Assembly (NCBI GenBank): GCA_043827405.1
Contig: JBDRPD010000079.1
Coordinates: 1-12,166 of the forward strand
Direction of reading: 5' to 3'
Origin: Elusimicrobiota bacterium
Lineage (GTDB): Bacteria > Elusimicrobiota > Elusimicrobia > UBA1565
DNA length: 12,166 bases
The notes under the pieces are model-generated. The model was not told the DNA's origin, did no database searches, and was given only the letters and a program-made list of their open reading frames with translations. Both the position numbers and the translations under genes were made by a program. Each line of letters starts with the position of its first letter. Position 1 is the stretch's first letter. Of this stretch, positions 1-7,527 are shown piece by piece.

Positions 1-1
1 T

Positions 2-613
2 GTGAAAGTCGGCGCCAATGACGGCGTAACCGGGGATCCCTGTTCCGATATTCTGCTCTCCGGCACGCGCTGGAAGGGGTTGCTCATCGAGCCGGTCCCG
101 CACATCTTCGACCGTCTTAAAGCGAATTTCCCGGATGCGAAAAGGTATTCCCTGGAGCAATCGGCGGTCGGCGCGGCCGCTGGAGAAACCACGTTCTACT
201 ATGTGGACAAAGACGCGATCATAAGTCTGCCCGACCTGCCGCATTGGTACGACAAGATCGGATCGTTCGACCGGAACCATATTGTCAAGCTTTTGGACGG
301 AGTTCTGGAACCGCACATCCGCGAATGCGCCGTTGAGGTCCAGACCCTGACCGCGATTCTCAAGAAGAACGGAATTCGTGACATACACCTGCTGCATATC
401 GATACCGAAGGTTTTGATTTGGAGGTCCTTAAGACGCTTGATTTCGCCGCATACGCTCCATTGCTGATCTTCGCCGAGCATCTGCATCTATCCGCTGCGG
501 ACAAAAAAATCATGATCGAACTGCTGCGCGAACATGGCTACTCCGTACGAGACTGCGGCGGAGATTATTTCGCCGTCCATGAAGAGGCGTACGGCGGCAT
601 GCGAACGCGATAA
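2..613 (+). CDS. FkbM-family SAM-dependent methyltransferase, 5'-truncated by the window edge
   Basis: Motifs VGANDG (SAM-binding motif I), LIEP and LHIDTEGFDLEVL, typical of FkbM/Methyltransf_21 proteins. The frame is open at the window start. Confidence 0.85.
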   Translation: MKVGANDGVTGDPCSDILLSGTRWKGLLIEPVPHIFDRLKANFPDAKRYSLEQSAVGAAAGETTFYYVDKDAIISLPDLPHWYDKIGSFDRNHIVKLLDGVLEPHIRECAVEVQTLTAILKKNGIRDIHLLHIDTEGFDLEVLKTLDFAAYAPLLIFAEHLHLSAADKKIMIELLREHGYSVRDCGGDYFAVHEEAYGGMRTR

Positions 614-634
614 GATTCCACCCATTAATTAGGC

Positions 635-675
635 TTAGCGCCACCCTTGCTTTTTTGTATATTTTGCAGTAGTCT
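635..675 (+). promoter_or_regulatory. Candidate sigma70-type promoter(s) for the pilT-like operon
   Basis: AT-rich intergenic region with TTGCTT(647-652)-17 nt-TAGTCT(670-675), or alternatively TTAGCG(635-640)-17 nt-TATATT(658-663). Confidence 0.4.
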
Positions 676-687
676 TAATTGAAACTC

Positions 688-1740
688 ATGGCCGGTACCG
701 AACTAGAATCCCTGCTCCAAGACTGCATACAGAAGGGTGCTTCCGACCTGCATCTTCTGCACGGTTCTCCGCCGATCTACCGCATCAGCGGGCAAATCGT
801 CGTCACCGACATGCCCCAGCAGGACAGCGGCAGCATCTGGTCCATGCTGCTCCCGTATTTCAACGACCGCCAGCAGCGGGCGTTCCAGGATATGAGCCGG
901 ATCAATATCTCGGTCACCGCCCCCACGGGACGCTTCCGGGTGAACCTCTGCATGACCCTCGGCACGGTAAGCGCCTCGATCCGGGTCGTCCCCAGCAAAA
1001 TCTACCCGCTGTCGGCGCTCGGCCTGCCGCCGATCGTGGGTTCGCTCACGCAGAAGACCCGCGGCATCATTTTCGTCACCGGCGCCACCGGCAACGGCAA
1101 AAGCACGACCATGGCGGCCATGCTGGATCATATCAACCGCAGCGGAAACAGGCCCGGCAAAGTCGTTACCATCGAAGATCCGATCGAAACGCTCTTCAAG
1201 CCGGCGAAATGCGTATTCCTGCAGCGCGAAGTCGGGGTCGACACCCCTTCTTTCGATCTCGGCATCGAGGACGCCCTGCGCCAGGACCCGGACATCCTGT
1301 GCATCGGCGAGATGCGCACGCCGGAATCGATTCGCGCCGCGCTCATGGCGGCCGAGACCGGCCATCTGGTCCTTACCACCCTGCACACTCCGGACGCCGC
1401 CAAGACCGCGCAGCGGGTCATCAGCATGTTCCCCGGCAACGAGCAGGAGACGATCCGGGACCAGCTCTGCAATACGCTGGAGGCCGTGATATCGCAGGAC
1501 CTGATCACGCGGGCGGACGGCAAGGGCCGCATCCTCGCGATCGAGGTGATGCTGGCGGTCCCGGCGGTGCGCCAGCTTATCAAGAAGGGCAACCTGGAGC
1601 AGATTTACGATCTTTTGCAGACCGGCACCAGCCAGGGGATGATCTCCAAGGACGCATCCATAAAAGCGCTCTATCAGCGCAGCCTGATCTCCCGTGAGAG
1701 CGCTTTGTCCCACATGCGAAATCCCCAGTTGTTGGCCTAG
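688..1740 (+). CDS. pilT: PilT/PilU-family type IV pilus retraction ATPase
   Basis: GASDLHL, Walker A GATGNGKST, Asp box TIEDPIE, Walker B region LRQDPDILCIGEMR, His box GHLVLTTLH, and AIRNLIRE-like AVRQLIKK. Start is ATG 688 or TTG 679. May be a paralogue rather than the main pilT. Confidence 0.9.
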   Translation: MAGTELESLLQDCIQKGASDLHLLHGSPPIYRISGQIVVTDMPQQDSGSIWSMLLPYFNDRQQRAFQDMSRINISVTAPTGRFRVNLCMTLGTVSASIRVVPSKIYPLSALGLPPIVGSLTQKTRGIIFVTGATGNGKSTTMAAMLDHINRSGNRPGKVVTIEDPIETLFKPAKCVFLQREVGVDTPSFDLGIEDALRQDPDILCIGEMRTPESIRAALMAAETGHLVLTTLHTPDAAKTAQRVISMFPGNEQETIRDQLCNTLEAVISQDLITRADGKGRILAIEVMLAVPAVRQLIKKGNLEQIYDLLQTGTSQGMISKDASIKALYQRSLISRESALSHMRNPQLLA

Positions 1741-2798
1741 TGTCCCGTTCCGCCGCCTTGCCGTCCATCCTCATCGCATTCTCCACCGCCTCCCCGGTAT
1801 TCGCCGCCACATACGTGAAGCGCTGCCCGCGCGGCACCGTGCCGGTGCGCACGGCGGACGCCCGCATGCCGTGGTCCTGTATTATAGAGGGCGAGCGCTA
1901 CCAAAGCGGCATCGACTGTCCGCAAGGCTTCCGTCCGGTGACGACGACCGACCCCTTGGACCCGTTTCGGTGCGGGAAGACGGATATTCAGCTGAAAGTT
2001 CCGCGGGGGATCTGCCCTCCCGGACACCGCGTCATCCCTACCAATGATCCGGACCGGGATTACGACTGCGAACGGATTAAAAAGGGCTTCGATTCCGGAC
2101 CCCGCTGCCCGCGCGGGACCATTCCCGTGCCGACCCCGGGGGCCCTGCGGCCTTTTCGCTGCGTGCGGCGCGAAAAGTCCGCTGCGACGGAGCCTCTCGC
2201 CGCCCCGGATTTCGGCCCGCAGCAAAACAAAAAAGAACGCAGCGGGGACGTCAAGCCGACGAAAGAAGGCTGCCCCAAAAGCATGCGGCTGGTGCGCACT
2301 GAAAATCCGTTCGACCCCGTCAAATGCGTGCCGCGCAAGCGCGAGCCCGTGCGGCACGGGAGCTCCCAGGTGTTCCGCATCCGCGGCCAGATATCCTTCC
2401 TCTACCCGAAGAAATGGCATCTGACCAATGCCTGGAAGGACGAGGATGTCCCCACCATATTTCTCGCCGCCGATACCGGCGGTGATGGCCGGCCGGTCAG
2501 CATCACGATCAGCCGCCAGCGGCGAGGCAGCCCGTCGTATATCGATTTAGCGACGACCATCCAGCGCGAAAAGGAATGGCATAATGCCGTGGAAAAGGAT
2601 AGCGGCGAAATCGCCGGCCTGCCGGCCAAGTTCCTGATCGTGCCCAACGAATCGAAAACAGCCTTCCTGACTATTCCTGACGGTTATTACGCCATCGCCT
2701 TCAGCGCCGCGCCGGATCAGTACGACAGCTACGCGGACGTCTATGACAAGCTGCTGGAATCGTTCAAGCATTATACGGGGAGCAAAGACGATGATTGA
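1740..2798 (+). CDS. Secreted Cys-repeat protein with a PsbP/DcrB-like C-terminal domain
   Basis: GTG start overlaps the pilT stop by 1 nt. Signal-peptide-like N-terminus (..SPVFA/A). Five Cx17C repeats. ISFLYPKKW and YYAIAFSAAPDQYDSYADVYDKLLESFK resemble the start and end of PsbP/Mog1/DcrB-fold domains. Confidence 0.75.
   Translation: MSRSAALPSILIAFSTASPVFAATYVKRCPRGTVPVRTADARMPWSCIIEGERYQSGIDCPQGFRPVTTTDPLDPFRCGKTDIQLKVPRGICPPGHRVIPTNDPDRDYDCERIKKGFDSGPRCPRGTIPVPTPGALRPFRCVRREKSAATEPLAAPDFGPQQNKKERSGDVKPTKEGCPKSMRLVRTENPFDPVKCVPRKREPVRHGSSQVFRIRGQISFLYPKKWHLTNAWKDEDVPTIFLAADTGGDGRPVSITISRQRRGSPSYIDLATTIQREKEWHNAVEKDSGEIAGLPAKFLIVPNESKTAFLTIPDGYYAIAFSAAPDQYDSYADVYDKLLESFKHYTGSKDDD
1824..2327 (+). 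repeat. Five protein-level repeats C-P-x7-T-x8-C
   Basis: CPRGTVPVRTADARMPWSC, CPQGFRPVTTTDPLDPFRC, CPPGHRVIPTNDPDRDYDC, CPRGTIPVPTPGALRPFRC, CPKSMRLVRTENPFDPVKC. Confidence 0.9.
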
Positions 2799-3555
2799 CA
2801 TCGAGAACAACGACGGAGTTCGCAGCATCTGGCTCAACAGCCCCCCCTCCAACAGCCTGACGCCGGAGCTGCTCGACGCGTTGCGCGGCGCTGTTCGCGC
2901 GGCCGGCGCCGAGCGGAGCGTGCGCTGCCTGCTGCTGGGCTCGCGGCTGCCGAAGTATTTCTCATCGGGCATCGATATCGACGCCATCTTTGCCCCTCCG
3001 CCCGCCCGGCGTATCGAAATATTCATGAACGTACTGGAGACCCACCGCGAACTGGCGGAGCTGCCCAAGCCGACCATCGCCGCGCTCCCCGGCTACGCGA
3101 TGCTGGCCGGCTGGATCATGGCGATGGCCTGCGACTTTCGGATCATGGCGGAAAAGACGGGCCGGGTAGCCCTCAGCGAGATTCGTTTCGGCTTGACGCC
3201 GACGGAGTTTATGCTGCGCCGGCTGCGGGAAATGGGCGCCGGCATGAACGCGGCCAAACAGCTCGTCCTGCGCGGGAAGACGCTTAAAGCTCAGGAAGCC
3301 CTGGACGGCGGCCTCGTCGATCAACTGGTCCCCGCCGCTGAACTGGCGGAGTGCGCGCTCCAGGAAGCCAAGAAGCTCGCAAAGCTTCCTCCGGAGACCT
3401 ACGCTTCCATTAAACGCGATCTCGCGGCATCCGCCGGCGTCCGGGAAGGCCTCTGGGAGAGAAGCATGGCGGAGTTTCGCCGGGTTTATGAAAGCCCGGA
3501 AGCGCAGGCAGGGCTGACGGCCATGCGCGAGAAACGAACACCGGTATACCCCTGA
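2791..3555 (+). CDS. Enoyl-CoA hydratase/isomerase (crotonase) family protein
   Basis: LNSPPSNSL, FSSGID, LPKPTIAA, MACDFR, LSEIRFG and EALDGGLVD motifs. ATG 2791 follows GGGGAG (2777-2782) and overlaps the upstream gene by 8 nt, so it is preferred to 2743. Confidence 0.9.
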   Translation: MIDIENNDGVRSIWLNSPPSNSLTPELLDALRGAVRAAGAERSVRCLLLGSRLPKYFSSGIDIDAIFAPPPARRIEIFMNVLETHRELAELPKPTIAALPGYAMLAGWIMAMACDFRIMAEKTGRVALSEIRFGLTPTEFMLRRLREMGAGMNAAKQLVLRGKTLKAQEALDGGLVDQLVPAAELAECALQEAKKLAKLPPETYASIKRDLAASAGVREGLWERSMAEFRRVYESPEAQAGLTAMREKRTPVYP

Positions 3556-3600
3556 GGAAGCAATGAGCCAATACTTCGCCAACGACCTGAGGGTTCCGCG

Positions 3601-4248
3601 ATGAACATCCGCGCGCTGAAGCGCTACCTGCTCACCGGCTTCATTATCGTCGCGCCGATCAGCATTACGCTGTTTTTGCTGCTCTCCTTCATATCGATCG
3701 TCGATTATTTACTTGGTCCGATCGCCTATACGGTTCTCGGCCGCCAAATTCCGGGGATCGGAGTTATCGTCGCCTTTTTCCTGCTGCTGCTGGCCGGCAT
3801 CGCCGGCTCAAACATCCGGGGACAGCATATCCTGGACTGGATCGAGGACGTTTTCCTGCACATCCCGGTCGTCAACTGGCTCTACAGCACCGTCAAGCAG
3901 CTGACCGACGTTTTCTCGCCCGGCGGCAAGATGCATTTTCAGAGCGTCGTTATGATCGAATACCCGCGGCCCGGAGTCTACAGCCTCGGCTTCGTAACCA
4001 ACGACATTGAAGCGCATCGTCCGGACGGCACCGTGCAGCGCATGTGCGCGGTCTACATCGCGACCAACCACCTCTACATCGGCGACCTCGTGCTGGTGCC
4101 CGAGGACAAGGTACTGACGACGCCCATGACGCTCCAGGAGGGAGTCCAGTGCTTCCTCTCCGCGGGGGCCGCCATCCCGCGCCGGCTGAACCTGGAGACA
4201 AAAAAACCGGGGTCCTCCACGCAGGAGAACCCCGGTATCTCGACGTAA
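3601..4248 (+). CDS. DUF502-family inner membrane protein
   Basis: LKRYLLTG..P..IT N-terminus, two hydrophobic segments, IPVVNWLYSTVKQL and VMIEYPRPGVYSLGFVT, matching the DUF502 pattern. Confidence 0.85.
   Translation: MNIRALKRYLLTGFIIVAPISITLFLLLSFISIVDYLLGPIAYTVLGRQIPGIGVIVAFFLLLLAGIAGSNIRGQHILDWIEDVFLHIPVVNWLYSTVKQLTDVFSPGGKMHFQSVVMIEYPRPGVYSLGFVTNDIEAHRPDGTVQRMCAVYIATNHLYIGDLVLVPEDKVLTTPMTLQEGVQCFLSAGAAIPRRLNLETKKPGSSTQENPGIST
4200..4236 (-). terminator. Intrinsic terminator of the ytxH-like gene, inside the 3' end of the opposite-strand DUF502 gene
   Basis: Minus strand ACCGGGGTTCTCC-TGCGT-GGAGGACCCCGGT (one G-U pair) running into a T7 tract, about 20 nt after the stop at 4256. Confidence 0.8.
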
Positions 4249-4255
4249 AGGTTGT

Positions 4256-4513
4256 TCAGGCTTCGACCTTTTCCGCCGTCACGTGCTCGTTGCGCTTGAA
4301 GACCTTGCGGCTGGCTTCCAAGATTCTTTCCTTGTGCTCGGGAAGGTTCTTGCGAAACTCTTCGACCGCCACCGAACCCTTCTCCCGCTTGTCTTCCAGC
4401 CAGTTGGTGAGCTCTTCCCGGGTTTCCTTGCCCGTCTTCGGCGCGAACAGAATGCCGATCACGGCCCCGGTCGTCGTCCCCAGCAACAGGTACACTAAGT
4501 TTTTGAAGTTCAT
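4256..4513 (-). CDS. YtxH-domain small membrane-anchored protein
   Basis: LLGTTTGAVIGILFAPKTGKETRE matches the YtxH signature (G..LL.AP.SG.ETR). GGGAGG Shine-Dalgarno upstream of the ATG. Confidence 0.9.
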   Translation of the reverse strand: MNFKNLVYLLLGTTTGAVIGILFAPKTGKETREELTNWLEDKREKGSVAVEEFRKNLPEHKERILEASRKVFKRNEHVTAEKVEA

Positions 4514-4568
4514 ACTGCCTCCCTGAAGTTTCCCTAAACCGCCGCTGTGCGCTCGGCGGGTGCCCTTT

Positions 4569-4597
4569 TTTATATCAATACGGGTCTAGGGTGTCAA
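4569..4597 (-). promoter_or_regulatory. Sigma70-type promoter for the ytxH-like gene
   Basis: Minus strand TTGACA (4597-4592), 17-nt spacer ending TGA, then TATAAA (4574-4569): consensus -35 plus extended -10. Confidence 0.75.
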
Positions 4598-4623
4598 GGC
4601 GAAATACCCCTCAACAAATGAGG

Positions 4624-5649
4624 CTATTGGGGACCGGTAGAGATCACCCGCCAGCCCGAACCGGGAGGAGTCGCCACGTCGATCTTGGCATGCAGAGGAA
4701 CAGAATGCAGCAAGCCGAGCCGCGCGGAGAAAAACCCTTTATCGGCATTCACATACACGGATTCGCTCCAGAACTCGTCGCTCTCCGTTCCCGGCCAGAA
4801 GAAGCTGAGCAGATACTTTCCGGACAGCCCGGCGCCGTCCGCATCAGCCAGCAGGCCGTCGAACGCGCGCACTCCCGGCTGCAAGCCGGCGGCGGCCTCC
4901 TCGCCGGGGACGGTAAACAGAACGCTGAGCCGGCCGCCGTTCCAATCCAGACGGAAAGGGACCTCGCGTTCCACATCCAAGACGACGCGCGTATAGGGGA
5001 TGCCCCCGCGTGAAAAGATTCCGCTGCGCGCCTCCCGCAGCACGCCGGGACTATCGGAACGGCGCCGCAGCCAGCGGGCGCGCCGGGTATCCTTGAGATC
5101 GATGATCAGCCGCGGCGGATCGCTCATGTAGAAGACTTCATGCTCGGCCTGCCGGGAAAGCAGCAACGCGGCGCGGTTGCCGTCGATCACTATGTCGCTG
5201 AGCGTAGCGCGGCCGGCCGCGGGCGGCGCCAGCGGCGCGACAGCGTCCCGCAGCTCCTCCGGGTCCGGCCGGGGCGTAAGCCGCAGCGAAATATTGGGGC
5301 CCTCGCGGCGCGCCTCGAAGTCCGCGTCGCGCATCAAATCGACAACCACCCGCGCGGTCCACCCGGGAGCCGAGGCGTACTGATCGGAGCGCACGGTTAG
5401 TATCTGGTCACCGCCCAGATAGAGCCGCCGCGGCTTGCCCTGGTGCCGGGTGCCGTGGAGATCGATAACGATCCGGGGCGGCGACTGCAGCTTGTACGCT
5501 TCATAGGCCGCCGGCCCGCTGAGGCGCAGGTGCACCCCGTTGGAAAATGCCCGCACATGCTCGAGGCTGGCATCGGCGCGCGCGTTCGCGAACGCCGTCA
5601 GCACCAGCAGCACGCTCAAGCCAAAGGTCGACAGGGTCTGCGCTCTCAT
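4624..5649 (-). CDS. Secreted protein with two AMIN domains and a C-terminal domain shared with the LysM protein
   Basis: ATG 5649 preceded by GAGGTG. Signal peptide ending ..ANARA. Two copies of the AMIN pattern (PPRIVIDL..RVVVDL; PPRLIIDL..RVVLDV). No amidase or secretin domain follows. Confidence 0.8.
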   Translation of the reverse strand: MRAQTLSTFGLSVLLVLTAFANARADASLEHVRAFSNGVHLRLSGPAAYEAYKLQSPPRIVIDLHGTRHQGKPRRLYLGGDQILTVRSDQYASAPGWTARVVVDLMRDADFEARREGPNISLRLTPRPDPEELRDAVAPLAPPAAGRATLSDIVIDGNRAALLLSRQAEHEVFYMSDPPRLIIDLKDTRRARWLRRRSDSPGVLREARSGIFSRGGIPYTRVVLDVEREVPFRLDWNGGRLSVLFTVPGEEAAAGLQPGVRAFDGLLADADGAGLSGKYLLSFFWPGTESDEFWSESVYVNADKGFFSARLGLLHSVPLHAKIDVATPPGSGWRVISTGPQ

Positions 5650-5680
5650 TTTACACCTCTTCCGAATTTTTCCCGCAAGC

Positions 5681-5712
5681 AAAAAAGCCGGGTTCCCCCA
5701 AAGGGAACCCAG
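5681..5712 (-). terminator. Terminator-like hairpin upstream of the AMIN gene
   Basis: Minus strand CTGGGTTCCC-TTTGG-GGGAACCCGG then CTTTTTT. Confidence 0.7.
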
Positions 5713-5759
5713 AGGTTGTCATAGCAATGGATGCGGGGTCAGCTCGGCGTGGTCACGTC

Positions 5760-5782
5760 AAAGCTCGCGCCAAAGCGCGAGC
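5760..5782 (-). terminator. Hairpin immediately after the beta-barrel stop codon
   Basis: Perfect 8-bp stem GCTCGCGC-TTTG-GCGCGAGC followed by only TTT: a weak terminator or a stabilising stem. Confidence 0.5.
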
Positions 5783-5786
5783 GCGG

Positions 5787-7442
5787 CTAAAACTCTACGC
5801 GCAGATCCATCGACGTCCGGTCCACGCGAAAATCGTACTGCTCGGGGAAATTGCTCAGGCGCTGCCGATGCTCGTGCCGCAAGCCGGCGGACAGCCATTT
5901 TTTAAAGCGGTAGCTCCCGCCCACGGAAAATGAGTAGGTATCGTCGCGGCGGAATTTGGTCTCGCCGGCGAGCGTCGACGGGTCGGGGTAACGTCCCGCC
6001 TCGTAGCCGCCGCTCATGTCGAGGCGCAGCTTGCTGAAATCCTGCGCCACGCTCAGGGAGCCTCCCGTCGAGATAAAGTAGCGGTTATTGAGCGCCGTCG
6101 ACTCCTGGATGCTGCGCTGCACTTTCAGCCCGACAGCGGTACGCCGGAGCATCTGATAGTTCAAGCCGATATTCATCGCCAGCGTGCTCTGAACCTTGCG
6201 CGCGCCGACCGGGGCCTCGCCGTAGCGGCGCACATGCGCGCCGGCGTCAACGGCGCCTTCCAGCTTCGGCGCCAGCCGCCCCGAGACGCCGAGACCCAGC
6301 CGGTGCGATTTGGAGTGGTCCGTACGCCCGGCGGAATAATGCACGCTCTCGCGGTGATAGTGCATAAACAGCTTGGCCCGCGGCCGCAGCTTGATGCCGC
6401 CATAGCCGCCGAAGGAAGCCTCATAGCGGTTGAGCAGCGCGCTCAGCTCGCCGTCGAGATACTTATGATGCGTATTGCTGGCGTCAAAGCCGTAGACGAA
6501 TATACGGCTGCGCTCATTATCGATGCTGGCCCGCATCGTATTCTGGTAGCGGCGCTTGCGCGTTACCAGCTCACTGAACGCCGGGTCCTCCGTGTTCCGA
6601 TAGTCGTTGTCGAGCCGCGCTTTCAGGCTGCGGCGCGGATTGTACTCGTAATGGGCGCTGACATGCTGCGCGCTGGAATTGTTCGCGCTGGGCTGCCTCG
6701 AGTAGGCCTCGAAATAGAGATCATACAGCGTTTCCAAGCGATGCCGCCGGTTGAGCGGTATGATCACTTTCGAGCCGAACGTATTGCGGGTAATCCACGA
6801 GCCGACAACGCCGCCGCCGACCGTCGTGCCGTCCGCCTTGTCTTTGGGAACGGCGTAGATGTTCGAATCGTATATCTGCGTCAGGGCGTAGAACGGATGC
6901 AGCTCGATGAGGAACTTTATCTCCCTGGGCCGCACCCGCGCCAGCTTATGGAAGGCGTCGCCGATAGCCGTCAGGGGATCACCGGATGGCTCCGTCTCCG
7001 GAACCGCGGGCGCCGGGACCGGCTCGACGACCGCGGTCGGCGCTGCCGGCGGCGCGGCGGCCCCGGTGCGCGCGCCGCTGACCGCCAGGAACTGGCCGGC
7101 GCCGACGACCGCCGTAGGCTTCCCGGGCAAGGTGACGCTCAGCTCACCTTTGAGCACGAGAATCTGCGCGCCGTCATCCGAGGCGAGAAAGCTGAAAGTA
7201 TCCCCCGCATCCGCCAGCACCAATGCCCCGTCGACGCTCATCGTCGCCCGGCCGGAGAGCACCGTGGTCTTCACTCCCTCCGGCACGGAGAAGCCAAGCG
7301 AACCCTCCGTCAACTGGATGAACTGATCGCCCGCCTGCAGCGTCAAAGTGTCCTCAAATCCAATAACCTGCAGCGCCGGTACGGCCGCATGGGCGACCGC
7401 CGCGCAACCGGCCGTCAGAATGACCGCTATTAGCTTTCGCAT
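5787..7442 (-). CDS. Outer-membrane beta-barrel protein (BBP2/EpsL-like) with an N-terminal FecR-like beta domain
   Basis: Signal peptide (..AVAHA), beta-rich region ending VLKGELSV..VVGAGQFLAV, Pro/Ala linker, then ~380 aa of amphipathic strands with an early YDSNIY motif and the BAM-type C-terminal signal MDLRVEF. Confidence 0.8.
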   Translation of the reverse strand: MRKLIAVILTAGCAAVAHAAVPALQVIGFEDTLTLQAGDQFIQLTEGSLGFSVPEGVKTTVLSGRATMSVDGALVLADAGDTFSFLASDDGAQILVLKGELSVTLPGKPTAVVGAGQFLAVSGARTGAAAPPAAPTAVVEPVPAPAVPETEPSGDPLTAIGDAFHKLARVRPREIKFLIELHPFYALTQIYDSNIYAVPKDKADGTTVGGGVVGSWITRNTFGSKVIIPLNRRHRLETLYDLYFEAYSRQPSANNSSAQHVSAHYEYNPRRSLKARLDNDYRNTEDPAFSELVTRKRRYQNTMRASIDNERSRIFVYGFDASNTHHKYLDGELSALLNRYEASFGGYGGIKLRPRAKLFMHYHRESVHYSAGRTDHSKSHRLGLGVSGRLAPKLEGAVDAGAHVRRYGEAPVGARKVQSTLAMNIGLNYQMLRRTAVGLKVQRSIQESTALNNRYFISTGGSLSVAQDFSKLRLDMSGGYEAGRYPDPSTLAGETKFRRDDTYSFSVGGSYRFKKWLSAGLRHEHRQRLSNFPEQYDFRVDRTSMDLRVEF

Positions 7443-7453
7443 TATCTATTTAC

Positions 7454-7493
7454 AAAAAAGCCGAACACCACGACACTTCTCGTGGAATTCGGC
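7454..7493 (-). terminator. Terminator-like hairpin in the 5' leader of the beta-barrel gene
   Basis: Minus strand GCCGAATTCCACGA-GAAGTG-TCGTGGTGTTCGGC (one G-U, one mismatch) then TTTTTT, ending 11 nt before ATG 7442. Confidence 0.65.
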
Positions 7494-7527
7494 GTACGGA
7501 AACAGCACATACATCCCAAGCACGTAC

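Noticed and set aside
703..1713. 336-aa antisense ORF, plus similar long shadow ORFs (6234-7433, 7806-8573, 8822-9745, 9540-10871, 10234-11097)
   Set aside because: They lie opposite or inside genes with clear family motifs, have no motifs of their own, and are expected in GC-rich DNA with biased codon usage.
2743..2790. Longer N-terminus for the crotonase
   Set aside because: It overlaps the upstream gene by 56 nt. ATG 2791 has a Shine-Dalgarno and gives the typical family length.
4539..4559. CCGCCG/CGGCGG hairpin in the ytxH leader as part of a shared RNA motif with the other leaders
   Set aside because: Only a 6-bp GC stem, and CGCCGA is frequent in this GC-rich sequence, so the support is too weak.
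4624..5682. PilQ or AmiC call, and the upstream TTG start at 5682
   Set aside because: No secretin or amidase_3 domain is present. TTG 5682 lies in the terminator T tract, while ATG 5649 has a Shine-Dalgarno and gives a normal signal peptide.
5751..5792. Plus-strand GGTCACGTCAAAGC..hairpin..CTAAA superficially like a c-di-GMP-I riboswitch
   Set aside because: It lacks the GNRA loop, the GACGCAAA junction and the second stem, and it is antisense to the flanking genes. An Rfam scan would settle it.
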